From a virus, in IMG/VR virus record IMGVR_UViG_3300044832_000053, positions 14,926-78,925 of that record: 64,000 nt of DNA; one strand, written 5' to 3'. The notes beneath the pieces are model-generated. The model had not been told where the DNA came from, did no database searches, and saw only the letters and a list, made by a program, of their open reading frames with translations. This document shows positions 1 through 10,400 of this stretch, piece by piece (the first letter of the stretch is position 1; every line of letters begins with the position of its first letter). Both the position numbers and the translations under genes were made by a program.

Positions 1-441
1 ATGGAGCACCCCGCCAAGGTGCCGGTAGGCGTCGATGAACTGGGTGGCGGTGCCGATGCCGGGGGCAGAGAAGTAGGCCGAGACAGGGGCGGCCCGCAGC
101 GCCGTGGCCACGGCGCTGACCGAGTGCCCGAGATCATGTCCCTCGCCGTCTCCCTCGGACAGCTTGAGGGCCGACCCGACGGGCTCGATGTCAAGCATCA
201 GCGGGGTGCCGGACCCGACGATCGTGTGGGCCAGCTTCGCCTGGCTGGCCGGGTCCGAGCGGGACTCCAGGAAGTGGTAGCCGAGCTGGAAAGCGTTGTG
301 CTGGCGGGCCTGGAGGACATGGCCTCCGTAGGCAATGTCAGTCAGCCAGTTCCCCTCGCTGGAGCGGGCACATACCGCCACCGCGCCGGAGAGGCTGATC
401 CCCCGCTGGAACTGGGACACGTCAGGGAAGAAGATCGTCAT
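1..441 (-). CDS. Endolysin, GH25 muramidase family (runs off the left edge; absent from the ORF track)
   Basis: Manual translation from ATG at 441 (SD AGGAG upstream): MTIFFPDVSQFQRGISL...ARSSEGNW...LGYHFL...LMLDIE, matching the GH25 DVSxxQ / SEG / GYHF / LDxE motifs; follows two membrane-protein genes. Confidence 0.85.
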   Translation of the reverse strand, partial: MTIFFPDVSQFQRGISLSGAVAVCARSSEGNWLTDIAYGGHVLQARQHNAFQLGYHFLESRSDPASQAKLAHTIVGSGTPLMLDIEPVGSALKLSEGDGEGHDLGHSVSAVATALRAAPVSAYFSAPGIGTATQFIDAYRHLGGVLH

Positions 442-480
442 CAGTTCTCCTGGTCTTGGATCGTGCTCTGGCCCCGCAGC

Positions 481-900
481 CTACGCTCCTGAGCAATTGG
501 GCGGGTCCGGGACCGGATGGGCGGAGCGCTGCTGGGTGACGACTTTCAGGACGTGCTGGTAATCGTGGTAAGCGGACAGGTCAGCAGCATCCCGCTGCGC
601 CTGGGTCTGCCCTGGCACGATGGTGAACACCGTCGTGATCAGCTTGCTGGTCGCGTTGTTGATGTCATTGGCCAGCGTCGTCCTGATCTTCTGGACATGT
701 GAATAGGCGGTGTTGTACCTGACCTGGCACCGGGTCACCGCCGCGAGATGGCCGGTTGAGTCCGCGAGGTTCTGCTGCCGCCAGGTCAGCCAGCCGGTGG
801 CCACGGCGATCAGCAGCACGAGGGCCGACTCGATGAGGACGATCCGCATGATCCTGGAGGCTTCCTCATGGACCTCCGCGATGCCCGGGGGCACGGTCAT
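481..900 (-). CDS. Lysis-associated membrane protein
   Basis: One N-terminal TM segment, Cys pair in soluble part, immediately upstream of endolysin. Confidence 0.5.
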   Translation of the reverse strand: MTVPPGIAEVHEEASRIMRIVLIESALVLLIAVATGWLTWRQQNLADSTGHLAAVTRCQVRYNTAYSHVQKIRTTLANDINNATSKLITTVFTIVPGQTQAQRDAADLSAYHDYQHVLKVVTQQRSAHPVPDPPNCSGA

Positions 901-919
901 CTCAAGGTTCCCCTTTTGT

Positions 920-1261
920 TCAGTGGAATAGGGTCAGGAAAATGCTTATGACGGTAATGACCGACGCAAGACCGGCGGCAGCGGCGAATACCTTCTGGAA
1001 ATTCGCCCATTTCCTCGCCGCAATATCCCGCTGGGCGTCATCAGCGTCTTTCAGGGCCTCAGCGGTGGCCAGTGTCGTGCTGTCCCGGGACCGTGCCTCG
1101 TCCCGGATCGCCTGCATAGTCAGGTTCATCTGGTGCATCTCGTTACCGAGACGCTCGATGCTGCCATTGATGGCAGTGAAATGCCGGTCATGCTGCGCGA
1201 GTTTCTCCGCAACAGTTCCTGCGTCTCTCCCGCGCTGGAACTCGGAGCCATCTGCCGTCAA
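920..1261 (-). CDS. Coiled-coil protein with C-terminal TM helix (holin-like/lysis-associated)
   Basis: Heptad-like N-terminus, hydrophobic C-terminus, lysis-module position. Confidence 0.5.
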   Translation of the reverse strand: MTADGSEFQRGRDAGTVAEKLAQHDRHFTAINGSIERLGNEMHQMNLTMQAIRDEARSRDSTTLATAEALKDADDAQRDIAARKWANFQKVFAAAAGLASVITVISIFLTLFH

Positions 1262-1280
1262 CCCCCCGTCCCTCCTGCTT

Positions 1281-3767
1281 CTAGTAGACCGGGAGAACCC
1301 CGGCGAACTTCCTGGGCTGCTCGGGGCTTCCGAGGATCTCGGACCAGACGTCGTACGACTGCCCCGGAGTCAGGGTCACAACCCCGCCGGGGCCGACCAG
1401 GCACTGCGCGATATAGCCCTTCCCGGTGCCCCCGGCCAGCCAGGTGGCGGCGTACCAGGTGACCGGCTGGGCCGGGCGGTTCACGTTGCCGCTGGAGACG
1501 GGGAAGGCCGTCATCACCACGAGCCCCCCGGCGACCGGGTCGATCTTCGTGCCGTCCAGGTCAGAGGTCCAGGCAACGTTGACTTCTTCCAGGCTGACGG
1601 AGGCTATGGGGTCGAAGTTAGTCATGATCACCTTCCACCTGAATTCTGCGGTAACGGCTGCCCATCGTCCACTTGCCGCGCTGGCCTGCCAGGCCGCCCG
1701 GGTCGCCTGGGCCGCCCACCTGGCAAATGCCGGTTGCACTTTCCAGCGTGGCGGGCCTGGACCGGCGGCCCAGGTGACCGTTCCGGTGACCCCGATGGCA
1801 ACGAAGAACCCGGAGGCCCCCGAGGCTGAGAAGGCCGTAGCGGTCATGGAGACCGTCAGGGTCATAGTGCCCTGGGCGGCGCTGGGCGTGGCCGCTGTGC
1901 CCGCCAGGGCCTGCGCCAGGGCCAGAATCCCGGAGCCGCCCGAGGTACTGGATGCTGTCCCCGCCAGCGCCCAGGTGGTGCTGCCCGTGACGATCGTGAG
2001 CGCCCCGGTTCCCTCGCTGGCCGTGGCCGATGTTCCGGCCAGCGTCATGGGGGCGAAGGCACCTGAGGCCAGGCTGGCTGATGCTGCGGTCCCGGCCATG
2101 GCCATCAGCAGCGTGAGCGCCCCGGACGCCGCGCTGGCGCTGGCTGCCGTTCCCGCTGCCGGGATGAGCTGGGTGAGCGTGCCCGAGGCCCCGCTCGCGG
2201 CAGCCGCTGTCCCGGCCATGGCCTGGGTGAGCGTGAGCAGGCCCGAGGCCGAGCTGGCCGAGGCCGCTGTGCCCGCGATGACCGCCGGGCGCAGCGTGGT
2301 ATCACCGGAGGCCGTGCTGGTGCTCGCGGCCGTGCCCGCCAGTGTCCAGGTCTGCGGGCCGGAGGTGAGCGTGATCGCCCCGGTGGCGGAGCTGGTGGTG
2401 CTGGCCGTGCCCGCCAGTGTCATGGGGGTGAACGCGCCGGTAGCCGAGCTGGACGAGACAGATGTCCCGGCGAGGGCCATCAGCAGGGTCAGCGTGCCCG
2501 AGGCTGCACTGGCGTTCGATGCCGTGCCAGCCGCCGGGATGCGCTGGGTGATCGTGCCGGAGGCGGTGCTTGTGCTCGACGCCGTCCCGGAGATCAGCAT
2601 CGGCGCGAGATTCAGCGTGCCCGAGGCTGAGCTGGGCGTGCTGGCCGTCCCGGCGATCACCGCCGGGGTGAGGGTCAGGTTGCCGCTGGCCGTGCTGGGC
2701 GTGCTGGCCGTGGCCGCCGCAGCCTCGATGAGATTCAGGGACCCGCTGGCAGAACTGGGCGTGCTCGCGGTCCCGGCCATGGTCTGCGGGGTGAAGGACC
2801 CGGACGCAGAGCTGGCTGAGCTGGCCGTCCCGGCCAGGGCCATGCCCAGGGTCAGGGTCCCGGATGCGGAGCTGGCATTGGCCGCCGTGCCAGCCGCAGG
2901 CACGGCCAGGTTCAGGGTCCCGCTGGCCGCAGACGTGTTCGAGGCGGTTCCGGCCAGGTCCCAGGTAACCGCCGACGGGCCTGGATCTGCTGGCGGGGGC
3001 GTATAGAACGGGGTGACCCCGGGCAGGCCGGGCAGGCCCGGACGCCATCCGGGAGCCACGATGAGCCGGGGAGACACCATGGGCGCAGCCGTGCCAGCCG
3101 GGCCAAGGTAGCCCGTGGTGGACACACCGAAGTCGTCTATCCAGTACGGGCCGACCGCCGAGACTGGCGAGTTGGAGATCCCCCATCCGATGCTGCCAAC
3201 CGACGCGCCCGTGTTCTGGGTTGCGGCGGATGTCTGGGTGTCCGAGGCGGTGGGATCGTCCAGCGTCGGGAACAGCTTGAACTCAAGCTGCCCCACGGTG
3301 GCCGAGGGGATGATGAAGCCCTCGATGCGGAACATCTGGTTGAGCGGGAACGTCGCGGCAGATGTCAGGATCGTGGAAGACCCCGAGTTCTGCATGATGA
3401 TCTTGCCAGCGGTGTTGATCAGCAGCGCGCCGCACTGTGTCCCGGCCGAGGTGGTGGTCCAGAACGTCACCACCCGGGCGTTCGCCGCCGGGGACCCTGT
3501 GGCGTACAGGTAGACGCGGAACCATGTCTGGGCCTGCCCTGCGCCGAGTGAGGGCCCCCAGTAGGCGAAGCTGAATGTGCCCGCCGCCGCCGAGCACTGG
3601 AGAGCCATTCCGCCGTGCGCGGTGTGCGCGCTGTCGGACGCCAGGACCGAGCCCGCGCCGATCGACGCCGTATCGATGGCGTTCCCCGACGCGCCGCCCG
3701 AGTTTCCGGGGCTGATCGTGGTGCCGCTGGGGGTGATGCCCTCAAGGCTGTTGAGCAGGACAGGCAC
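1281..3767 (-). CDS. Large minor tail/fibre-like protein with Ala/Ser/Thr/Gly tandem repeats
   Basis: N-terminal beta-rich domain, about 20 copies of AGTAxxxSxAxGxLT, position at end of tail module. Confidence 0.65.
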   Translation of the reverse strand: MPVLLNSLEGITPSGTTISPGNSGGASGNAIDTASIGAGSVLASDSAHTAHGGMALQCSAAAGTFSFAYWGPSLGAGQAQTWFRVYLYATGSPAANARVVTFWTTTSAGTQCGALLINTAGKIIMQNSGSSTILTSAATFPLNQMFRIEGFIIPSATVGQLEFKLFPTLDDPTASDTQTSAATQNTGASVGSIGWGISNSPVSAVGPYWIDDFGVSTTGYLGPAGTAAPMVSPRLIVAPGWRPGLPGLPGVTPFYTPPPADPGPSAVTWDLAGTASNTSAASGTLNLAVPAAGTAANASSASGTLTLGMALAGTASSASSASGSFTPQTMAGTASTPSSASGSLNLIEAAAATASTPSTASGNLTLTPAVIAGTASTPSSASGTLNLAPMLISGTASSTSTASGTITQRIPAAGTASNASAASGTLTLLMALAGTSVSSSSATGAFTPMTLAGTASTTSSATGAITLTSGPQTWTLAGTAASTSTASGDTTLRPAVIAGTAASASSASGLLTLTQAMAGTAAAASGASGTLTQLIPAAGTAASASAASGALTLLMAMAGTAASASLASGAFAPMTLAGTSATASEGTGALTIVTGSTTWALAGTASSTSGGSGILALAQALAGTAATPSAAQGTMTLTVSMTATAFSASGASGFFVAIGVTGTVTWAAGPGPPRWKVQPAFARWAAQATRAAWQASAASGRWAAVTAEFRWKVIMTNFDPIASVSLEEVNVAWTSDLDGTKIDPVAGGLVVMTAFPVSSGNVNRPAQPVTWYAATWLAGGTGKGYIAQCLVGPGGVVTLTPGQSYDVWSEILGSPEQPRKFAGVLPVY
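1830..2960 (-). repeat. Coding tandem repeat, roughly 18-24 aa unit (AGTAS-x-x-S-x-A-S-G-x-L-T-L)
   Basis: Visible in the translation and as degenerate DNA repeats. Confidence 0.85.
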
Positions 3768-3800
3768 GGGGTCACCGCCTCCCGTTCAGGCCGGGAGGGG

Positions 3801-4397
3801 CTAGCCGACTAGCTGGCAGGTGAATTCGTCTGCGGTGACACTGGTCAGCCCGGTGTTGGTGGCTACGGTCATGCCGAGCTGGGCGACCAGGTTGCCCTGC
3901 GTGTTCAGGCCGGTGATGGTGGCTGTCTGGGTCACGGTGCGTCCCGCGACAGTCGCTGGCAGGGGCTGGATAGCGAACGCCGTGAGTGAGGTTCCGGTCA
4001 TGCACCAGCCCTGGCCGGTGATCTTGCCGGTGGTGGCGTTCTGCCCAACGGCGATCTCGTTGACCACGCCCCAGTAATCCATGATCCACGGGATGCCGGA
4101 CACCGCGACGGCGGCCAGCGGGTTCGTCTCGGCCAGGATCGCGGCGGTCGCGGCCCCGATCAGCCCGCCCGGCGGAGACAGGTAGAAGCCCCACTTGAGA
4201 GTCGATGCCGTGGTGGTGGCGATGTAGCTACCCGAGGCATGCAGGTGGATTCGGGTGGACGAGATCAGCGCCCCGCCGGGAATCAGGTTCTGGATTGGCG
4301 AGATGTCGGTCAGGGTGGCCGTGGTGAACGAGGATGTGACCAGGCTGGAGTCGTTCTGCTCGGGCGAGGCCGGGGCGGTCCAGGAGGCAACAGGCAT
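3801..4397 (-). CDS. Putative virion/tail protein (start MPVASW)
   Basis: Thr/Ala-rich beta protein; ATG at 4397 overlaps upstream stop and follows GGAGG. Confidence 0.55.
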   Translation of the reverse strand: MPVASWTAPASPEQNDSSLVTSSFTTATLTDISPIQNLIPGGALISSTRIHLHASGSYIATTTASTLKWGFYLSPPGGLIGAATAAILAETNPLAAVAVSGIPWIMDYWGVVNEIAVGQNATTGKITGQGWCMTGTSLTAFAIQPLPATVAGRTVTQTATITGLNTQGNLVAQLGMTVATNTGLTSVTADEFTCQLVG

Positions 4398-4693
4398 CAG
4401 GAACCTCCTGCGTGGCCGAGCAGGATCAGGTCTGCCGGGCTGATCATCGCCTGGGCGCTGGTGCCCTTGTCCAGGCATTCGGTGCAGGCCACCAGGCCCC
4501 GGGTGGTCATGGCCGCATGGGTGCCGCACAGCCGCACCCGGCGGCGGTGGTTGTTCAGGCAGTACCGCAGCCACAGGCTGGCCGGGGTCGCACCGCACTC
4601 CTGCGCACCGGGCCCGGTTCCGCCAGCGCGGCATGGCTCCATGCGCGGCTCGTCCAGGCTGGGGACCCTGAAATCGAGATGCTGGATGCTCAT
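4397..4693 (-). CDS. Small Cys/His-rich (Zn-binding) protein
   Basis: Several Cys/His clusters including CGTH and CTEC; coupled to neighbours. Confidence 0.5.
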   Translation of the reverse strand: MSIQHLDFRVPSLDEPRMEPCRAGGTGPGAQECGATPASLWLRYCLNNHRRRVRLCGTHAAMTTRGLVACTECLDKGTSAQAMISPADLILLGHAGGS

Positions 4694-4696
4694 TGG

Positions 4697-5146
4697 TCAG
4701 ACCTGGGCGGTGAAGGCGTTGGCAGCGGCCTGGACGGAGTCGCCCAGCAGCGGGGTACGCGGGGTGGTGACCAGGAACGCGCAGATCAGCTTGGCGGTGG
4801 TGCCCGACCCGGCCCCGGTGTTGTCGGTCAGCATGCCCCAGTTGATCGTCGTGCCGGGGGCGCTGGTGGTCGGGCCGAACGTGATCGTGCCCGTGTTCTT
4901 GATCACCGACGGGGATGCGGCGGTCGGGGTAACCGGGCCGAATGCGATCCGGGCATAGCCGGTCGCACCGTACTCGGTGGCTGCCGCCATGGTGGTGAAG
5001 GTGTTGTCCAGCGACCCGGAGGTGGCGTTGGTCAGCAGCGCCAGCCAGGCGGTGGACGCGGCCGGTCCCTGGGTGAGCCGGAATGTCTGGGCCAGGGCCT
5101 CCTGCTCCGCGAACGTCATGAGCTGCCCGGCAGAGATGGTGCTCAC
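4697..5146 (-). CDS. Minor tail/fibre-associated structural protein
   Basis: EYGATGYARIAF...NTGTITFG pattern typical of small phage tail proteins; position. Confidence 0.6.
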   Translation of the reverse strand: MSTISAGQLMTFAEQEALAQTFRLTQGPAASTAWLALLTNATSGSLDNTFTTMAAATEYGATGYARIAFGPVTPTAASPSVIKNTGTITFGPTTSAPGTTINWGMLTDNTGAGSGTTAKLICAFLVTTPRTPLLGDSVQAAANAFTAQV

Positions 5147-5487
5147 GGGGTCACCTCACGGAAGTTCGCGGCGAAGAAATCAGGCTCGATGCTGGTGCGG
5201 CGCGGGTCCCCGTGCTTGTCGGACCACTCCACGATCTCCAGGTTGCGGCCCTCGTCCCGGCCGGTGTGCTCCACCTCGGTGCCGTGGGTCATGTCCAGGT
5301 CTTCCATCGTGCGGGAAAGGAACGCATCGAGTTCGGCCCGCTGCTCGTCGGTGGGGTTCATCACGTCCGCCACGGCCCGCAGTGCGTCCCCCCCGATCGG
5401 CTCCGCCAGCCGGTTGCCCAGGTGCTCGTCCGCATGGTGCTGGCCGAGGCCCAGCTCCATCGGGTGCTCGTACACGTACCGGGTCAT
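5143..5487 (-). CDS. Hypothetical acidic protein
   Basis: ORF with SD, overlaps next gene by 4 nt. Confidence 0.55.
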   Translation of the reverse strand: MTRYVYEHPMELGLGQHHADEHLGNRLAEPIGGDALRAVADVMNPTDEQRAELDAFLSRTMEDLDMTHGTEVEHTGRDEGRNLEIVEWSDKHGDPRRTSIEPDFFAANFREVTP

Positions 5488-5512
5488 GGCCTCACCCTAA
5501 GTCCTCTCATGA

Positions 5513-6661
5513 TCATCGGCCCTTCTTCTTCTTGTGCGTTGGCTGAGCCCGGACCGGCAGCCGGTCGATCGCTGCGGACAGCAGCGAGGCGAAGTCGTGC
5601 CGCATGCTCTCGAACGGGGTGACGGTGGCCACCCGCGCGGCGTCGTCCCACTCGTAATGCCCGACCAGGAACGTGACCGGGCCCTTGGCCACCTCACCGG
5701 AGAAGGCGAAGTCGGACAGCAGTGCCCGGCACAGCATGACCGAGGCACCGTCCTGGTAGAAACACCCCGGGTCCACCGGGACCCCGCCCATGTTGGTGAG
5801 CTGGCCGTACCTGAGGGTGAATGGGGCGGTGAAGCCAGCCCGGGTGAACCTCTTGAGCACCTGGTTGCCGACGCCCTGCGCAGACCCGGCGGTTTGCACC
5901 CCGGCGCTGGACAGGTCCGTGTAGTCCTCGATCCGGCCCTGGGCATCAATCCGGGCCTGGTTCACCACGCTGGTCAGGCCGTAAACGGCCTTGGCCGCGC
6001 CGTCGGCGGAGGACTGGTAGCGGAGGTAGATCGCGTCCGCACCCGAGGCGATCGTCTGGGCCTCGGGTGCGGTGGCGATCAGGATGCGGTTAGCCGTCGT
6101 GGGCAGCGCGAAGACGCTCAGCACGTTGCCCCGGCCGGTGGTGGTGACCTGCCAGGTCAGCCCGCCCTTGGAGCAGACCAGGTTGAGCAGGTCGGTGACC
6201 GTCTGTGAGCCGGAGTCAATCTGCTGGCCCATCCACATGCCAGAGGGGGAGCCGATACCTGGATTTACCCAGTTCAGGCCCCTTGCTATCGCCGCGTTGA
6301 CCACGTTGTCCGGGGTGCCTGTGCCCCAGGTCCCGGTCCAGATAGCCCGGTAGTCAGCCCCGGTCGTGCCGTCGCCATGCGCGGTGATCGTCCAGCCGGT
6401 GTCGGAGGGTGATGGCTCATCCAGAATGCCGCTCCACACGATCGACCCGCCCCGGTAGGCCAGCACCGTGCGCCCTGTGTTGAGAGCTTCCGCGCGTACC
6501 CGGGGCGGCTTGTCCAGGGTGAGGCTCAGGGAATCGCATCCGCCGGGCGTGGTGAAACTGTAGACGGGCGGGGAGACGTGCCCGAGGTGGGACAGCGACC
6601 GGCCGCTGATCGCCCCGCCACCGGGCGGGAAGGTCACGACATGGGTCAGCCCCGGCTGCAT
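5513..6661 (-). CDS. Minor tail protein (baseplate hub-like)
   Basis: IVWSGILDEP motif, size and position downstream of distal tail protein. Confidence 0.65.
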   Translation of the reverse strand: MQPGLTHVVTFPPGGGAISGRSLSHLGHVSPPVYSFTTPGGCDSLSLTLDKPPRVRAEALNTGRTVLAYRGGSIVWSGILDEPSPSDTGWTITAHGDGTTGADYRAIWTGTWGTGTPDNVVNAAIARGLNWVNPGIGSPSGMWMGQQIDSGSQTVTDLLNLVCSKGGLTWQVTTTGRGNVLSVFALPTTANRILIATAPEAQTIASGADAIYLRYQSSADGAAKAVYGLTSVVNQARIDAQGRIEDYTDLSSAGVQTAGSAQGVGNQVLKRFTRAGFTAPFTLRYGQLTNMGGVPVDPGCFYQDGASVMLCRALLSDFAFSGEVAKGPVTFLVGHYEWDDAARVATVTPFESMRHDFASLLSAAIDRLPVRAQPTHKKKKGR

Positions 6662-6664
6662 GTC

Positions 6665-6955
6665 TCAGATGCCGATGAAGTGGTTGAGGTACAGCCGGTA
6701 GTCCTTGGGAGGCAGGGTCTGGGAATTCTGGACGGCCTGGTAGACCGCATGGATGTCATCGAGCATGCCCAGGATGTTGGACTTCCCGGGCACGTCGCCC
6801 TGGTAGAACGCGGGCAGGTCCAGCGTCCCGGAGGCCAGCTCGGCGGCGCACCTGTCCCGGAGCTTCTCGGCCCGGTCACGCAGCAGCAGGAAGTCGGTGG
6901 CGATCTGGACGGCCGTGGATTCCAGGTTCGCCTTGGTGAAATTGTCCGTGGTCAT
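6665..6955 (-). CDS. Hypothetical protein (tail module)
   Basis: ATG at 6955 after AAGGAG. Confidence 0.55.
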   Translation of the reverse strand: MTTDNFTKANLESTAVQIATDFLLLRDRAEKLRDRCAAELASGTLDLPAFYQGDVPGKSNILGMLDDIHAVYQAVQNSQTLPPKDYRLYLNHFIGI

Positions 6956-6965
6956 GCAGGGCTCC

Positions 6966-7436
6966 TTACAGATCGAGCGGGATGAGGACGTTGCAGTCAA
7001 CCCGGGACGAGTTCACGAAGACCCCGAAGGTGTGGATCGTGCCATCCGCCTGCAACTCGAACCCGGCCATCTCCGCCGGGCCAGCCGTCGGGGTCCCGGG
7101 ACCGCCCTTGACGTCGTAGGTCCATACCGGGAACCGCACGGCGGTGGCGGGCTGGTAGAAGGAGGCCAGCGCCGTGGTGACGATCTGGGTGCCATCCGCC
7201 ACGGTGCCCGGGGTCAGCAGCTTCGCGGACAGGTACAGCCAGTTGGTCCCGTTGATGGTCCAGTGCTGGTACTTAAACCAGCCAGAGCCCTTGCCCCAGC
7301 CGTTGGACATGGCCGAGGTGTCATTCCAGTTCCCGATGGTCACGGTCGGCCCGGCCGGGGCGGCCTCCAGCGCGGCCACCCGGGCCACCAGCGCGTCGAT
7401 CCGGGCGGCGTTGTCGTAACTCTTCTCGCTGGTCAT
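6966..7436 (-). CDS. Minor tail/receptor-binding-like protein
   Basis: Short coiled coil (RIDALVARVAALEAA) followed by beta-rich head; ATGA overlap. Confidence 0.6.
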   Translation of the reverse strand: MTSEKSYDNAARIDALVARVAALEAAPAGPTVTIGNWNDTSAMSNGWGKGSGWFKYQHWTINGTNWLYLSAKLLTPGTVADGTQIVTTALASFYQPATAVRFPVWTYDVKGGPGTPTAGPAEMAGFELQADGTIHTFGVFVNSSRVDCNVLIPLDL

Positions 7437-10400
7437 GCCAGCCGCTCCGTCCACCACTGCGGCGGGTAGAACGCGGTGAGCCCGGGTGCACCCTGGGCGG
7501 AGTAGGCGAACAGCCGGTTGCTGGAGTCCGGGTAGACCGCCAGCGGCCCGCCGGAGAACCGCTCGGCGTACTGGAGGATCGAGGCGGCCTGGTCCCGGTC
7601 GGCGTTGGACCCGAGGATGCGGCCCAGGTCCCGGGTGGCGTCCGGCTGGTCGATCCAGATGTTGTTGTAGATCGTCGCCCCGCCGATGTTGACCAGCACC
7701 AGGGACCCCTTGGTGTCGATCAGGATCAGGTCCAGGAAGCGGTCCGCAGTCAGGGTGGATGTCACGGTCGCCGCGAAGTAGGCCGACACTGAGCCGGGGG
7801 GCAGATCAGCCAGCGGGAGGGTGACCGGGCCCATGTCCACGAAGGTCTGGGTGCCGGTCAGGTCGGTGGTCGGGGTCAGGCCCTTGCGGGACACGTTGAG
7901 GGTGGCCGCCGTGCCCCCGGTGTAGGGGTACTGGCGGATCTGCACGGTCAGGTCCCGGGAGCTGGACGGGGCGGAGAACGTGCTGGCCACCAGGTACATC
8001 GTGTAGGTGCCGTCGTAGCGGGCGTTCAGGTTCCCGATGTCCGGGATCGGGTATTCCGTGGCCCCGTTGGGGGTGTCAGCGCCGTTACCCACCGGGCACA
8101 GCGGGTTGAACAGGTCGGGGGCATCCCGGGGCGGGGAGTGGATCAGCAGGCTCTGGAGTGGCAGCAGGCCGGTCGCGCCATAGGACAGCCGGACCCGGCC
8201 ATCACGCCCGGCCGCCCCGGCGTTGGACCCGGAGATCTTTGCCCCGCCGCCGCCGCCGCCGCCGGGGCCCTTGCTGGGCTGGCTGCCCGCGTGCGGGGAA
8301 CCTGAGACCGTGAACCCGCCCTCGCCGCCGGGCCCGCCATCGAACACGGCCGTGGCAGCGGAGCGGTCCGTCGCGTCCCGGCCGCCTGAGGCCGACCCGC
8401 CGGAGGACCCGCCGCCGCCGCCCCGGTTCCCGTTCCCGTTGACGTTGTTCTGCGCGCCATCCCCGCCGTCGTAGTGGGAATAGTTGGACGAGCCGGTTCC
8501 CCCCTTGCCGCCGCCCCAGGTCGCGGACTGCCAGCCACCCCGGCCGCCATGGCCGCGCACGGTCGGCCCGGAGTCCCCGGCGAACGTGGAGTCCCCGGCG
8601 TTGTTTCCCCCGTTGCCCACAGAGCCACCGGACCCGGCCGCACCGACCACCGGGTGATAGGTGGCCAGCGCGGTGACCGGGATGTTGAGGTCCATGGCAT
8701 ACTCGCCCGCGCCGCCGCCTCCGCCTCCGCCCGTGCCGGAGCCCTCGCCAGCCCCGCCAGCGCCGCCTCCCCACGTCTCGGCCTTGTCCACCTTGGTGAG
8801 CCCGGCAGGCGCGGTCCAGTTCTGGGTGCCGCCCGTGATGAAGTCGGCCACGGTGCTGAACGAGCTGGGCCCCGGGGCGGCCTGGATGGCCAGGGGGGCC
8901 CTCGCAGTGCCGACCACGCCGGGCAGGAAGTACCAGCCGCCCCGGGGGCCTGGTGTCCCGGTGGTCGTCGGCACGGCCTGCACCAGGTTGAAGTAGGCCC
9001 CGGACTGGAGAACCTGCTGGCCAGAGAGACCCGTGTCGGGATTGACCTTGGGGTTCCACAGGTTCCACGCCTTGATCACGTACCGGGACACGGTGGTGTA
9101 GTCGAACCCGCTGGCCATCTGGGGTACATGCACGGAGACGTACTGCCAGTGCGGGCTGTTCTCCAGCGCGCTGGCGTGGCAGACCCGCTTAACCCCGAAC
9201 GACAGTGAGGCCCCGGCGGCGTCGTACAGGGTGATCGCGAAATGCACGGTGCCCCGGTGCCAGACCGGCCACTGGTTGGAGCTGGTTCCGAGCCCGAACC
9301 AGAAGCCCCACTTGGTCCGGCCGGTGATGTCTACGGCGGCGGCCAGCACGTGGTCATAGACCGGGTAGTCCTTCCAGCGCCGGGTCCACTTGGCGCTGAA
9401 CGAGCCGAACGCGGCGGTGCCAGCGCGGGACCAGGACCAGGAGTCGTTGGAGCTGTAGACCGCGCCCCGGTCCATGGTCACGTCGTCTGTGAAGTGCTGC
9501 TCACCGCCTGCGGCGGTGGACACTACCTGCGGGTTGGCCCGCGCGTAGGCTGTCCCGCCCGGGGCGGTGACCGCAGCGGTTGCCTGGGTCTGCCCCACGG
9601 TGGTGTCGGTGATGTTCGAGCCGCGCAGGGTGGACCCGATCTGGGTGCCGTTGATGTCGTAGAAGTCGGCCCCGATGTTGCATGAGCGGCCCACGGTGGC
9701 GGCCCGGAACCACGCCTTGAGGTTGACCGTGTCGCCCGCGTTGCACTTCATGCCCAGCCCGGGAACGCCAGTCAGGGTGTCGAACACCTGCGCAGCCCCG
9801 CAGGATGCGGCCTGCATGTTCCCGGCCGCCACCGACGTCAGGCTCAGGCTGGCCACGCCGGAGTGGAACTGGGCCGTGGACCGTGCAATGGTCGCGTTGC
9901 CTGCGCCGGTCCAGTTGGCGATCCCGGCCTCGAAGGTGGAGGCATCCCCGGTCAGGAAGCTGGAGGCCACGGAGTGGTCGTCAATGAGCACCGTGCTCGG
10001 CGGGGCGGTCCACACCTGGGATGGCGAGTTGAACTGGACAACTTCCTGGGTGTCGCTGCGGCCGTAGGGGAACGCCTGGAAAGTGACGTCCACCAGGGAG
10101 AACAGGGCTTCCTCGGTGAGGATCGAGTAGTGGACCACCACGGTGGACAGCCCCATGCAGTCCATGATCAGCGGCTCCGCGCCATCCCGGGTCCAGGTCA
10201 GCTCCCAGTTGTCCTGGGACACGGTCTGGAGCAGCAGCTCGCGGGCCCCGGCCAGGGTGGCGCGGTCGGCCTGGGCGTTGCCGGTGGACGGGACGTACAT
10301 CACCACGGGGATGGTGGGCGTGCGGTTGGAGGCCCGGACCCCCGTGACCACCTCGCCGTCGAGCAGCAGCCCGGCCACCTGCTCGTTGGTGAGCTGCGGC

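Noticed and set aside
1830-2960. CRISPR-like periodic repeats
   Set aside because: Repeats are degenerate, codon-phased and inside an ORF, with no unique spacers or cas genes
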